NCBI RefSeq assembly: GCF_964355755.1
Contig: NC_092679.1
Location: 9,144,201-9,208,200 of the forward strand
DNA from: Antedon mediterranea
Lineage: Eukaryota > Animalia > Echinodermata
Length of the DNA: 64,000 nt
Direction: 5' to 3'
Shown in pieces: positions 12,601 through 26,670 of this stretch. The translations under genes and the position numbers were made by a program. The notes under the pieces were generated by a model. That model made no database searches, was not told where the DNA came from, and was given only the letters and a program-made list of their open reading frames with translations. Positions within the stretch are counted from its first letter, which is position 1, and each line of letters starts with the position of its first letter.

Positions 12601-15600
12601 AGTTGTTAACATAAAAACATCAAAGTGTACAGAAAAGCTTCAAATCGCATTTAGAGACGTTTTAGACCATTTTGTGATTTTCAAAAAAACTTGTTAACAT
12701 AAAAACACCAAAGTGCTTAGAATAGCTTAAAATCGCATTTGGAGACGTTTTAGACCATTTTGTGATTTTCGAAAAACTTGTTAACATAAAAACATCAAAG
12801 TGTACAGAATAGCTTAAAATCGCTATTGGAGACGTTTTAGACCATTTTGTGATTTTCGAAAAAACTTGTTAACATAAAAACATCAAAGTGCTTAGAATAG
12901 CTTCAAATCGCATTTGGAGACATTTTAGACCATTTTGTGATTTTCGAAAAAAGTTGTTAACATAAAAACATTAAAGTGTACAGAAAAGCTTCAAATCACA
13001 TTTAGAGACGTTTTAGACCATTTTGTGATTTTCGAAGAACTTGTTAACATAAAAACATCAAAGTGTACAGAATAGCTTCAAATCGCATTTGGAGACGTTT
13101 TAGACCATTTTGTGATTTTCGAAAAACTTGTTAACATAAAAACATCAAAGTGTACAGAATAGCTTCAAATCGCATTTGGAGACGTTTTAGACAATTTTGT
13201 GATTTTCGAAAAACTTGGTTACACAAAAACATCAAAGTGCTTGAAATCACATTAGAAACCGTTTTAGACCATTTTGAGCATTTCGATAAAACATTTCACA
13301 CAAAAACATCAAAGAGCACAAAGTAGCTTAATATCGTATTTAAAAACGTTTTTGACCATTTTGAGCATTTCGAAAGAAAATTTTCACACAAAACATCAAA
13401 GTGTACAGAATAGCTTCAAATCGCATTTGGAAACGTTTTAGACCATTTTGTGATTTTCGAAAAACTTGTTAACACAAAAACACCAAAGTGCTTAAAATAG
13501 CTTCAAATCGCATTTGGAGACGTTTTAGACCATTTTGTGATTTTCGAAAAAACTTGTTAACATAAAAACACAAAAGTGCTTAGAATAGCTTCAAATCGCA
13601 TTTGTAGACGTTTTAGACCATTTTGTGATTTTCGAAAAAACTTGTTAATCTAAAAACACCAAAGTGCTTTAAATAGCTTCAAATCGCATTTACAGACATT
13701 TTAGACCCTTTTGTGATTTTCGAAAAAACTTGTTAACATAAAAACATCAAAGTGTACAGATTAGCTTCAAATCGCATTTGTAGACGTTTTAGACCATTTT
13801 GTGATTTTCGAAAAAACTTGCTAACATAAAAACATCAAAGTGTACAGAATAGCTTCAAATCACATTTGGAGACGTTTTAGACCATTTTGTGATTTTCGAA
13901 AAAAATTGTTTCCATAAAAACACCAAAGTGCTTAGAATAGCTTCAAATCGCATTTGGAGACATTTTAGACCATTTTGTGATTTTCGAAAAAACTTGTTAA
14001 CATAAAAACACAAAAGTGCTTAGAATAGCTTCAAATCGCATTTGTAGACGTTTTAGACCATTTTGTGATTTTCGAAAAAACTTGTTAACCTAAAAACACC
14101 AAAGTGCTTTAAATAGCTTCAAATCGCATTTACAGACATTTTAGACCCTTTTGTGATTTTCGAAAAAACTTGTTAACATAAAAACATCAAAGTGTACAGA
14201 TTAGCTTCAAATCGCATTTGTAGACGTTTTAGACCATTTTGTAATTTTCGAAAAAACTTGCTAACATAAAAACATCAAAGTGTACAGAATAGCTTCAAAT
14301 CACATTTGGAGACGTTTTAGACCATTTTGTGATTTTCGAAAAAAATTGTTTCCATAAAAACACCAAAGTGCTTAGAATAGCTTCAAATCGCATTTGGAGA
14401 CATTTTAGACCATTTTGTGATTTTCGAAAAAACTTGTTAACATAAAAACATCAAAATGTACAGAAAAGCTTCAAATCTCATTTAGAGACGTTTTAGACCA
14501 TTTTGTGATTTCAAAAAAACTTGTTAACATAAAAACACCAAAGTGCTTAGAATAGCTTAAAATCGCATTTGGAGACGTTTTAGACCATTTTGTGATTTTC
14601 GAAAAACTTGTTAACATAAAAACATCAAAGAGTACAGAATAGCTTCAAATCGCATTTGGAGACGTTTTAGACAATTTTGTGATTTTCGAAAAACTTGGTT
14701 ACACAAAAACATCAAAGTGCTTGAAATCACATTAGAAACCGTTTTAGACCATTTTGAGCATTTCGATAAAACATTTCACACAAAAACATCAAAGAGCACA
14801 AAGTAGCTTAATATCGTTTTTAAAAACGTTTTTGACCATTTTGAGCATTTCGACAGAAAATTTTCACACAAAACATCAAAGTGTACAGAATAGCTTCAAA
14901 TCGCATTTGGAAACGTTTTAGACCATTTTGAGCATTTCGAAAAACTTGTTAACACAAAAACACCCAAGTGCTTAAAATAGCTTCAAATCGCATTTGGAGA
15001 CGTTTTAGACCATTTTGTGATTTTCGAAAAAACTTGTTAACATAAAAACACCAAAGTGCTTAAAATAGCTTTAAATCGCATTTGGAGATGTTTTAGACCA
15101 TTTTGTGATTTTCTAAAAAACTTGTTAACATAAAAACATCAAAGTGTACAGAATAGCTTCAAATCGCATTTGGAGACGTTTTAGACAATTTGGTGATTTC
15201 CGAAAAACTTGTTAACACAAAAACACCAAAGTGCTTAAAATAGCTTCAAATCACATTTGGAGACATTTTAGACCCTTTTGTGATTTTCAAAAAAACTTGG
15301 TTACACAAAAGCACTTAAGTGCTTAAAATAGCTTCAAATCGCATTTGGAGACGTTTTAGACCATTTTGTGATTTTCGAAAAAACTAGTTAACATAAAAAC
15401 ATCAAAGTGCTTAAAATCACATTAGAAATCGTTTTAGACCATTTTGAGCATTTTGCTAAAACTTTTCACAAAAAAACACCAAAGAGCACAAAATAGCTTA
15501 ATATCGTGTTTAAAAACGTTTTAGACCATTTTGAGCATTTCGAAAAACTTGTTAACACAAAAACACCAAAGTGCTTAAAATAGCTTCAAATCGCATTTGG

Positions 15601-18600
15601 AGACGTTTTAGACCATTTTGTGAGTTTCGAAAAAATTTGTTTAAATAAAAACACCCATGTGCTAAGAATAGTTTAAAATCGCATTTGCAGACGTTTTAGA
15701 CCATTTTGTGATTTTCGAAAAAACTTGTTAACATAAAAACACAAAAGTGCTTAGAATAGCTTCAAATTGCATTTGTAGACGTTTTAGACCATTTTGTGAT
15801 CTTCGAAAAAACTTGTTAACATAAAAACATCAAAGTGTACAGAATAGCTTCAAATCGCATTTGGAGACGTTTTAGACCATTTTGTGATTTTCGAAAAAAC
15901 TTGTTAACATAAAAACACCAAAGTGTAAAGAAAAGCTTCAAATCGCATTTGGAAACGTTTTAGACCATTTTGTGATTTTCGAAAAAACTTGTTAACATAA
16001 AAACATCAAAGTGTACAGATTAGCTTCAAATCGCATTTGGAGACGTTTTAGACCATTTTGTGATTTTCGAAAAAACTTGTTAACATAAAAACACCAAAGT
16101 GTACAGAAAAGCTTCAAATCGCTATTGGAGACGTTTTAGACCATTTTGTGATTTTCGAAAAAAATTGTTTCCATAAAAACACCAAAGTGCTTAGAATAGC
16201 TTCAAATCGCATTTGGAGACATTTTAGACCATTTTGTGATTTTCGAAAAAAGTTGTTAACATAAAAACATCAAAGTGTACAGAAAAGCTTCAAATCGCAT
16301 TTAGAGACGTTTTAGACCATTTTGTGATTTTCAAAAAAACTTGTTAACATAAAAACACCAAAGTGCTTAGAATAGCTTAAAATCGCATTTGGAGACGTTT
16401 TAGACCATTTTGTGATTTTCGAAAAACTTGTTAACATAAAAACATCAAAGTGTACAGAATAGCTTAAAATCGCTATTGGAGACGTTTTAGACCATTTTGT
16501 GATTTTCGAAAAAACTTGGTAACATAAAAACATCAAAGTGCTTAGAATAGCTTCAAATCGCATTTGGAGACATTTTAGACCATTTTGTGATTTTCGAAAA
16601 AAGTTGTTAACATAAAAACATCAAAGTGTACAGAAAAGTTTCAAATCGCATTTAGAGACGTTTTAGACCATTTTGTGATTTTCGAAAAACTTGTTAACAT
16701 AAAAACATCAAAGTGTACAGAATAGCTTCAAATCGCATTTGGAGACGTTTTAGACCATTTTGTGATTTTCGAAAAACTTGTTAACATAAAAACATCAAAG
16801 TGTACAGAATAGCTTCAAATCGCATTTGGAGACGTTTTAGATAATTTTGTGATTTTCGAAAAACTTGGTTACACAAAAACATCAAAGTGCTTGAAATCAC
16901 ATTAGAAACCGTTTTAGACCATTTTGAGCATTTCGATAAAACATTTCACACAAAAACATCAAAGAGCACAAAGTAGCTTAATATCGTATTTAAAAACGTT
17001 TTTGACCATTTTGAGCATTTCGAAAGAAAATTTTCACACAAAACATCAAAGTGTACAGAATAGCTTCAAATCGCATTTGGAAACGTTTTAGACCATTTTG
17101 TGATTTTCGAAAAACTTGTTAACACAAAAACACCAAAGTGCTTAAAATAGCTTCAAATCGCATTTGGAGACGTTTTAGACCATTTTGAGATTTTCGAAAA
17201 AACTTGTTAACATAAAAACACAAAAGTGCTTAGAATAGCTTCAAATCGCATTTGGAGACATTTTAGACCATTTTGTGATTTTCGAAAAAAGTTGTTAACA
17301 TAAAAACATCAAAGTGTACAGAAAAGCTTCAAATCGCATTTAGAGACGTTTTAGACCATTTTGTGATTTTCAAAAAAACTTGTTAACATAAAAACACCAA
17401 AGTGCTTAGAATAGCTTAAAATCGCATTTGGAGACGTTTTAGACCATTTTGTGATTTTCGAAAAACTTGTTAACATAAAAACATCAAAGTGTACAGAATA
17501 GCTTAAAATCGCTATTGGAGACGTTTTAGACCATTTTGTGATTTTCGAAAAAACTTGTTAACATAAAAACATCAAAGTGCTTAGAATAGCTTCAAATCGC
17601 ATTTGGAGACATTTTAGACCATTTTGTGATTTTCGAAAAAAGTTGTTAACATAAAAACATTAAAGTGTACAGAAAAGCTTCAAATCACATTTAGAGACGT
17701 TTTAGACCATTTTGTGATTTTCGAAGAACTTGTTAACATAAAAACATCAAAGTGTACAGAATAGCTTCAAATCGCATTTGGAGACGTTTTAGACCATTTT
17801 GTGATTTTCGAAAAACTTGTTAACATAAAAACATCAAAGTGTACAGAATAGCTTCAAATCGCATTTGGAGACGTTTTAGACAATTTTGTGATTTTCGAAA
17901 AACTTGGTTACACAAAAACATCAAAGTGCTTGAAATCACATTAGAAACCGTTTTAGACCATTTTGAGCATTTCGATAAAACATTTCACACAAAAACATCA
18001 AAGAGCACAAAGTAGCTTAATATCGTATTTAAAAACGTTTTTGACCATTTTGAGCATTTCGAAAGAAAATTTTCACACAAAACATCAAAGTGTACAGAAT
18101 AGCTTCAAATCGCATTTGGAAACGTTTTAGACCATTTTGTGATTTTCGAAAAACTTGTTAACACAAAAACACCAAAGTGCTTAAAATAGCTTCAAATCGC
18201 ATTTGGAGACGTTTTAGACCATTTTGTGATTTTCGAAAAAACTTGTTAACATAAAAACACAAAAGTGCTTAGAATAGCTTCAAATCGCATTTGTAGACGT
18301 TTTAGACCATTTTGTGATTTTCGAAAAAACTTGTTAATCTAAAAACACCAAAGTGCTTTAAATAGCTTCAAATCGCATTTACAGACATTTTAGACCCTTT
18401 TGTGATTTTCGAAAAAACTTGTTAACATAAAAACATCAAAGTGTACAGATTAGCTTCAAATCGCATTTGTAGACGTTTTAGACCATTTTGTGATTTTCGA
18501 AAAAACTTGCTAACATAAAAACATCAAAGTGTACAGAATAGCTTCAAATCACATTTGGAGACGTTTTAGACCATTTTGTGATTTTCGAAAAAAATTGTTT

Positions 18601-21600
18601 CCATAAAAACACCAAAGTGCTTAGAATAGCTTCAAATCGCATTTGGAGACATTTTAGACCATTTTGTGATTTTCGAAAAAACTTGTTAACATAAAAACAC
18701 AAAAGTGCTTAGAATAGCTTCAAATCGCATTTGTAGACGTTTTAGACCATTTTGTGATTTTCGAAAAAACTTGTTAACCTAAAAACACCAAAGTGCTTTA
18801 AATAGCTTCAAATCGCATTTACAGACATTTTAGACCCTTTTGTGATTTTCGAAAAAACTTGTTAACATAAAAACATCAAAGTGTACAGATTAGCTTCAAA
18901 TCGCATTTGTAGACGTTTTAGACCATTTTGTAATTTTCGAAAAAACTTGCTAACATAAAAACATCAAAGTGTACAGAATAGCTTCAAATCACATTTGGAG
19001 ACGTTTTAGACCATTTTGTGATTTTCGAAAAAAATTGTTTCCATAAAAACACCAAAGTGCTTAGAATAGCTTCAAATCGCATTTGGAGACATTTTAGACC
19101 ATTTTGTGATTTTCGAAAAAACTTGTTAACATAAAAACATCAAAATGTACAGAAAAGCTTCAAATCTCATTTAGAGACGTTTTAGACCATTTTGTGATTT
19201 CAAAAAAACTTGTTAACATAAAAACACCAAAGTGCTTAGAATAGCTTAAAATCGCATTTGGAGACGTTTTAGACCATTTTGTGATTTTCGAAAAACTTGT
19301 TAACATAAAAACATCAAAGAGTACAGAATAGCTTCAAATCGCATTTGGAGACGTTTTAGACAATTTTGTGATTTTCGAAAAACTTGGTTACACAAAAACA
19401 TCAAAGTGCTTGAAATCACATTAGAAACCGTTTTAGACCATTTTGAGCATTTCGATAAAACATTTCACACAAAAACATCAAAGAGCACAAAGTAGCTTAA
19501 TATCGTTTTTAAAAACGTTTTTGACCATTTTGAGCATTTCGACAGAAAATTTTCACACAAAACATCAAAGTGTACAGAATAGCTTCAAATCGCATTTGGA
19601 AACGTTTTAGACCATTTTGAGCATTTCGAAAAACTTGTTAACACAAAAACACCCAAGTGCTTAAAATAGCTTCAAATCGCATTTGGAGACGTTTTAGACC
19701 ATTTTGTGATTTTCGAAAAAACTTGTTAACATAAAAACACCAAAGTGCTTAAAATAGCTTTAAATCGCATTTGGAGATGTTTTAGACCATTTTGTGATTT
19801 TCTAAAAAACTTGTTAACATAAAAACATCAAAGTGTACAGAATAGCTTCAAATCGCATTTGGAGACGTTTTAGACAATTTTGTGATTTCCGAAAAACTTG
19901 TTAACACAAAAACACCAAAGTGCTTAAAATAGCTTCAAATCACATTTGGAGACATTTTAGACCCTTTTGTGATTTTCAAAAAAACTTGGTTACACAAAAG
20001 CACCTAAGTGCTTAAAATAGCTTCAAATCGCATTTGGAGACGTTTTAGACCATTTTGTGATTTTCGAAAAAACTAGTTAACATAAAAACATCAAAGTGCT
20101 TAAAATCACATTAGAAATCGTTTTAGACCATTTTGAGCATTTTGCTAAAACTTTTCACAAAAAAACACCAAAGAGCACAAAATAGCTTAATATCGTGTTT
20201 AAAAACGTTTTAGACCATTTTGAGCATTTCGAAAAACTTGTTAACACAAAAACACCAAAGTGCTTAAAATAGCTTCAAATCGCATTTGGAGACGTTTTAG
20301 ACCATTTTGTGAGTTTCGAAAAAATTTGTTTAAATAAAAACACCAATGTGCTAAGAATAGTTTAAAATCGCATTTGCAGACGTTTTAGACCATTTTGTGA
20401 TTTTCGAAAAAACTTGTTAACATAAAAACACAAAAGTGCTTAGAATAGCTTCAAATTGCATTTGTAGACGTTTTAGACCATTTTGTGATCTTCGAAAAAA
20501 CTTGTTAACATAAAAACATCAAAGTGTACAGAATAGCTTCAAATCGCATTTGGAGACGTTTTAGACCATTTTGTGATTTTCGAAAAAACTTGTTAACATA
20601 AAAACACCAAAGTGTAAAGAAAAGCTTCAAATCGCATTTGGAAACGTTTTAGACCATTTTGTGATTTTCGAAAAAACTTGTTAACATAAAAACATCAAAG
20701 TGTACAGATTAGCTTCAAATCGCATTTGGAGACGTTTTAGACCATTTTGTGATTTTCGAAAAAACTTGTTAACATAAAAACACCAAAGTGTACAGAAAAG
20801 CTTCAAATCGCTATTGGAGACGTTTTAGACCATTTTGTGATTTTCGAAAAAAATTGTTTCCATAAAAACACCAAAGTGCTTAGAATAGCTTCAAATCGCA
20901 TTTGGAGACATTTTAGACCATTTTGTGATTTTCGAAAAAAGTTGTTAACATAAAAACATCAAAGTGTACAGAAAAGCTTCAAATCGCATTTAGAGACGTT
21001 TTAGACCATTTTGTGATTTTCAAAAAAACTTGTTAACATAAAAACACCAAAGTGCTTAGAATAGCTTAAAATCGCATTTGGAGACGTTTTAGACCATTTT
21101 GTGATTTTCGAAAAACTTGTTAACATAAAAACATCAAAGTGTACAGAATAGCTTAAAATCGCTATTGGAGACATTTTAGACCATTTTGTGATTTTCGAAA
21201 AAACTTGGTAACATAAAAACATCAAAGTGCTTAGAATAGCTTCAAATCGCATTTGGAGACATTTTAGACCATTTTGTGATTTTCGAAAAAAGTTGTTAAC
21301 ATAAAAACATCAAAGTGTACAGAAAAGCTTCAAATCGCATTTAGAGACGTTTTAGACCATTTTGTGATTTTCGAAAAACTTGTTAACATAAAAACATCAA
21401 AGTGTACAGAATAGCTTCAAATCGCATTTGGAGACGTTTTAGACCATTTTGTGATTTTCGAAAAACTTGTTAACATAAAAACATCAAAGTGTACAGAATA
21501 GCTTCAAATCGCATTTGGAGACGTTTTAGACAATTTTGTGATTTTCGAAAAACTTGGTTACACAAAAACATCAAAGTGCTTGAAATCACATTAGAAACCG

Positions 21601-21943
21601 TTTTAGACCATTTTGAGCATTTCGATAAAACATTTCACACAAAAACATCAAAGAGCACAAAGTAGCTTAATATCGTATTTAAAAACGTTTTTGACCATTT
21701 TGAGCATTTCGAAAGAAAATTTTCACACAAAACATCAAAGTGTACAGAATAGCTTCAAATCGCATTTGGAAACGTTTTAGACCATTTTGTGATTTTCGAA
21801 AAACTTGTTAACACAAAAACACCAAAGTGCTTAAAATAGCTTCAAATCGCATTTGGAGACGTTTTAGACCATTTTGTGATTTTCGAAAAAACTTGTTAAC
21901 ATAAAAACACAAAAGTGCTTAGAATAGCTTCAAATCGCATTTG
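9635..21943 (+). repeat. Higher-order repeat, period 4689 bp (~54 monomers), ~2.6 copies
   Basis: ORFs at 11623, 16312 and 21001 are spaced exactly 4689 apart. Shared markers include GAAGAACTT (~13034/17723) and GTAATTTT (~14241/18930). Register is lost at 17255/21944. Confidence 0.9.
10671..10835 (+). repeat. Divergent cassette B (78-bp short monomer plus divergent monomer), example copy
   Basis: CTAGTTAAC...GTGCTTAAAATCACATTAGAAATCG...GAGCATTTTGCTAAAACTTTTCAC...ATATCGTGTTTAAAAACG. Copies lie near 3700, 10720, 15410, 20100, 23750, 24960, 29810, 31190, 34820 and 40030, and inverted near 40430, 45110, 46420, 50300, 51610, 53870, 57500 and 62520. Confidence 0.9.
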
Positions 21944-24900
21944 TAGACGTTTTAGACCATTTTGTGATTTTCGAAAAAACTTGTTAATCTAAAAACACCA
22001 AAGTGCTTTAAATAGCTTCAAATCGCATTTACAGACATTTTAGACCCTTTTGTGATTTTCGAAAAAACTTGTTAACATAAAAACATCAAAGTGTACAGAT
22101 TAGCTTCAAATCGCATTTGTAGACGTTTTAGACCATTTTGTGATTTTCGAAAAAACTTGCTAACATAAAAACATCAAAGTGTACAGAATAGCTTCAAATC
22201 ACATTTGGAGACGTTTTAGACCATTTTGTGATTTTCGAAAAAAATTGTTTCCATAAAAACACCAAAGTGCTTAGAATAGCTTCAAATCGCATTTGGAGAC
22301 ATTTTAGACCATTTTGTGATTTTCGAAAAAACTTGTTAACATAAAAACACAAAAGTGCTTAGAATAGCTTCAAATCGCATTTGTAGACGTTTTAGACCAT
22401 TTTGTGATTTTCGAAAAAACTTGTTAACCTAAAAACACCAAAGTGCTTTAAATAGCTTCAAATCGCATTTACAGACATTTTAGACCCTTTTGTGATTTTC
22501 GAAAAAACTTGTTAACATAAAAACATCAAAGTGTACAGATTAGCTTCAAATCGCATTTGTAGACGTTTTAGACCATTTTGTAATTTTCGAAAAAACTTGC
22601 TAACATAAAAACATCAAAGTGTACAGAATAGCTTCAAATCACATTTGAAGACGTTTTAGACCATTTTGTGATTTTCGAAAAAAATTGTTTCCATAAAAAC
22701 ACCAAAGTGCTTAGAATAGCTTCAAATCGCATTTGGAGACATTTTAGACCATTTTGTGATTTTCGAAAAAACTTGTTAACATAAAAACATCAAAATGTAC
22801 AGAAAAGCTTCAAATCTCATTTAGAGACGTTTTAGACCATTTTGTGATTTCAAAAAAACTTGTTAACATAAAAACACCAAAGTGCTTAGAATAGCTTAAA
22901 ATCGCATTTGGAGACGTTTTAGACCATTTTGTGATTTTCGAAAAACTTGTTAACATAAAAACATCAAAGAGTACAGAATAGCTTCAAATCGCATTTGGAG
23001 ACGTTTTAGACAATTTTGTGATTTTCGAAAAACTTGGTTACACAAAAACATCAAAGTGCTTGAAATCACATTAGAAACCGTTTTAGACCATTTTGAGCAT
23101 TTCGATAAAACATTTCACACAAAAACATCAAAGAGCACAAAGTAGCTTAATATCGTTTTTAAAAACGTTTTTGACCATTTTGAGCATTTCGACAGAAAAT
23201 TTTCACACAAAACATCAAAGTGTACAGAATAGCTTCAAATCGCATTTGGAAACGTTTTAGACCATTTTGAGCATTTCGAAAAACTTGTTAACACAAAAAC
23301 ACCCAAGTGCTTAAAATAGCTTCAAATCGCATTTGGAGACGTTTTAGACCATTTTGTGATTTTCGAAAAAACTTGTTAACATAAAAACACCAAAGTGCTT
23401 AAAATAGCTTTAAATCGCATTTGGAGATGTTTTAGACCATTTTGTGATTTTCTAAAAAACTTGTTAACATAAAAACATCAAAGTGTACAGAATAGCTTCA
23501 AATCGCATTTGGAGACGTTTTAGACAATTTTGTGATTTCCGAAAAACTTGTTAACACAAAAACACCAAAGTGCTTAAAATAGCTTCAAATCACATTTGGA
23601 GACATTTTAGACCCTTTTGTGATTTTCAAAAAAACTTGGTTACACAAAAGCACCTAAGTGCTTAAAATAGCTTCAAATCGCATTTGGAGACGTTTTAGAC
23701 CATTTTGTGATTTTCGAAAAAACTAGTTAACATAAAAACATCAAAGTGCTTAAAATCACATTAGAAATCGTTTTAGACCATTTTGAGCATTTTGCTAAAA
23801 CTTTTCACAAAAAAACACCAAAGAGCACAAAATAGCTTAATATCGTGTTTAAAAACGTTTTAGACCATTTTGAGCATTTCGAAAAACTTGTTAACACAAA
23901 AACACCAAAGTGCTTAAAATAGCTTCAAATCGCATTTGGAGACGTTTTAGACCATTTTGTGAGTTTCGAAAAAATTTGTTTAAATAAAAACACCAATGTG
24001 CTAAGAATAGTTTAAAATCGCATTTGCAGACGTTTTAGACCATTTTGTGATTTAAAAAAAACTTGTTAACATAAAAACACCAAAGTGCTTAGAATAGCTT
24101 AAAATCGCATTTGGAGACGTTTTAGACCATTTTGTGATTTTCGAAAAACTTGTTAACATAAAAACATCAAAGAGTACAGAATAGCTTCAAATCGCATTTG
24201 GAGACGTTTTAGACAATTTTGTGATTTTCGAAAAACTTGGTTACACAAAAACATCAAAGTGCTTGAAATCACATTAGAAACCGTTTTAGACCATTTTGAG
24301 CATTTCGATAAAACATTTCACACAAAAACATCAAAGAGCACAAAGTAGCTTAATATCGTTTTTAAAAACGTTTTTGACCATTTTGAGCATTTCGACAGAA
24401 AATTTTCACACAAAACATCAAAGTGTACAGAATAGCTTCAAATCGCATTTGGAAACGTTTTAGACCATTTTGAGCATTTCGAAAAACTTGTTAACACAAA
24501 AACACCCAAGTGCTTAAAATAGCTTCAAATCGCATTTGGAGACGTTTTAGACCATTTTGTGATTTTCGAAAAAACTTGTTAACATAAAAACACCAAAGTG
24601 CTTAAAATAGCTTTAAATCGCATTTGGAGATGTTTTAGACCATTTTGTGATTTTCTAAAAAACTTGTTAACATAAAAACATCAAAGTGTACAGAATAGCT
24701 TCAAATCGCATTTGGAGACGTTTTAGACAATTTTGTGATTTCCGAAAAACTTGTTAACACAAAAACACCAAAGTGCTTAAAATAGCTTCAAATCACATTT
24801 GGAGACATTTTAGACCCTTTTGTGATTTTCAAAAAAACTTGGTTACACAAAAGCACCTAAGTGCTTAAAATAGCTTCAAATCGCATTTGGAGACGTTTTA

Positions 24901-26670
24901 GACCATTTTGTGATTTTCGAAAAAACTAGTTAACATAAAAACATCAAAGTGCTTAAAATCACATTAGAAATCGTTTTAGACCATTTTGAGCATTTTGCTA
25001 AAACTTTTCACAAAAAAACACCAAAGAGCACAAAATAGCTTAATATCGTGTTTAAAAACGTTTTAGACCATTTTGAGCATTTCGAAAAACTTGTTAACAC
25101 AAAAACACCAAAGTGCTTAAAATAGCTTCAAATCGCATTTGGAGACGTTTTAGACCATTTTGTGAGTTTCGAAAAAATTTGTTTAAATAAAAACACCAAT
25201 GTGCTAAGAATAGTTTAAAATCGCATTTGCAGACGTTTTAGACCATTTTGTGATTTTCGAAAAAACTTGTTAACATAAAAACACAAAAGTGCTTAGAATA
25301 GCTTCAAATTGCATTTGTAGACGTTTTAGACCATTTTGTGATCTTCGAAAAAACTTGTTAACATAAAAACATCAAAGTGTACAGAATAGCTTCAAATCGC
25401 ATTTGGAGACGTTTTAGACCATTTTGTGATTTTCGAAAAAACTTGTTAACATAAAAACACCAAAGTGTAAAGAAAAGCTTCAAATCGCATTTGGAAACGT
25501 TTTAGACCATTTTGTGATTTTCGAAAAAACTTGTTAACATAAAAACATCAAAGTGTACAGATTAGCTTCAAATCGCATTTGGAGACGTTTTAGACCATTT
25601 TGTGATTTTCGAAAAAACTTGTTAACATAAAAACACCAAAGTGTACAGAAAAGCTTCAAATCGCTATTGGAGACGTTTTAGACCATTTTGTGATTTTCGA
25701 AAAAAATTGTTTCCATAAAAACACCAAAGTGCTTAGAATAGCTTCAAATCGCATTTGGAGACATTTTAGACCATTTTGTGATTTTCGAAAAAAGTTGTTA
25801 ACATAAAAACATCAAAGTGTACAGAAAAGCTTCAAATCGCATTTAGAGACGTTTTAGACCATTTTGTGATTTTCAAAAAAACTTGTTAACATAAAAACAC
25901 CAAAGTGCTTAGAATAGCTTAAAATCGCATTTGGAGACGTTTTAGACCATTTTGTGATTTTCGAAAAACTTGTTAACATAAAAACATCAAAGTGTACAGA
26001 ATAGCTTAAAATCGCTATTGGAGACATTTTAGACCATTTTGTGATTTTCGAAAAAACTTGGTAACATAAAAACATCAAAGTGCTTAGAATAGCTTCAAAT
26101 CGCATTTGGAGACATTTTAGACCATTTTGTGATTTTCGAAAAAAGTTGTTAACATAAAAACATCAAAGTGTACAGAAAAGCTTCAAATCGCATTTAGAGA
26201 CGTTTTAGACCATTTTGTGATTTTCGAAAAACTTGTTAACATAAAAACATCAAAGTGTACAGAATAGCTTCAAATCGCATTTGGAGACGTTTTAGACCAT
26301 TTTGTGATTTTCGAAAAACTTGTTAACATAAAAACATCAAAGTGTACAGAATAGCTTCAAATCGCATTTGGAGACGTTTTAGACAATTTTGTGATTTTCG
26401 AAAAACTTGGTTACACAAAAACATCAAAGTGCTTGAAATCACATTAGAAACCGTTTTAGACCATTTTGAGCATTTCGATAAAACATTTCACACAAAAACA
26501 TCAAAGAGCACAAAGTAGCTTAATATCGTATTTAAAAACGTTTTTGACCATTTTGAGCATTTCGAAAGAAAATTTTCACACAAAACATCAAAGTGTACAG
26601 AATAGCTTCAAATCGCATTTGGAAACGTTTTAGACCATTTTGTGATTTTCGAAAAACTTGTTAACACAAA
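19013..26670 (+). repeat. 3650-bp (~42-mer) HOR variant, followed by a copy carrying a 1203-bp (~14-mer) internal tandem duplication
   Basis: CAAAATGTAC at 19141/22791 (offset 3650 = 4689-1039). TATCGTTTTT at 23151/24354 (offset 1203). The ORF offset 21001 to 25854 is 4853 = 3650+1203. Confidence 0.88.
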
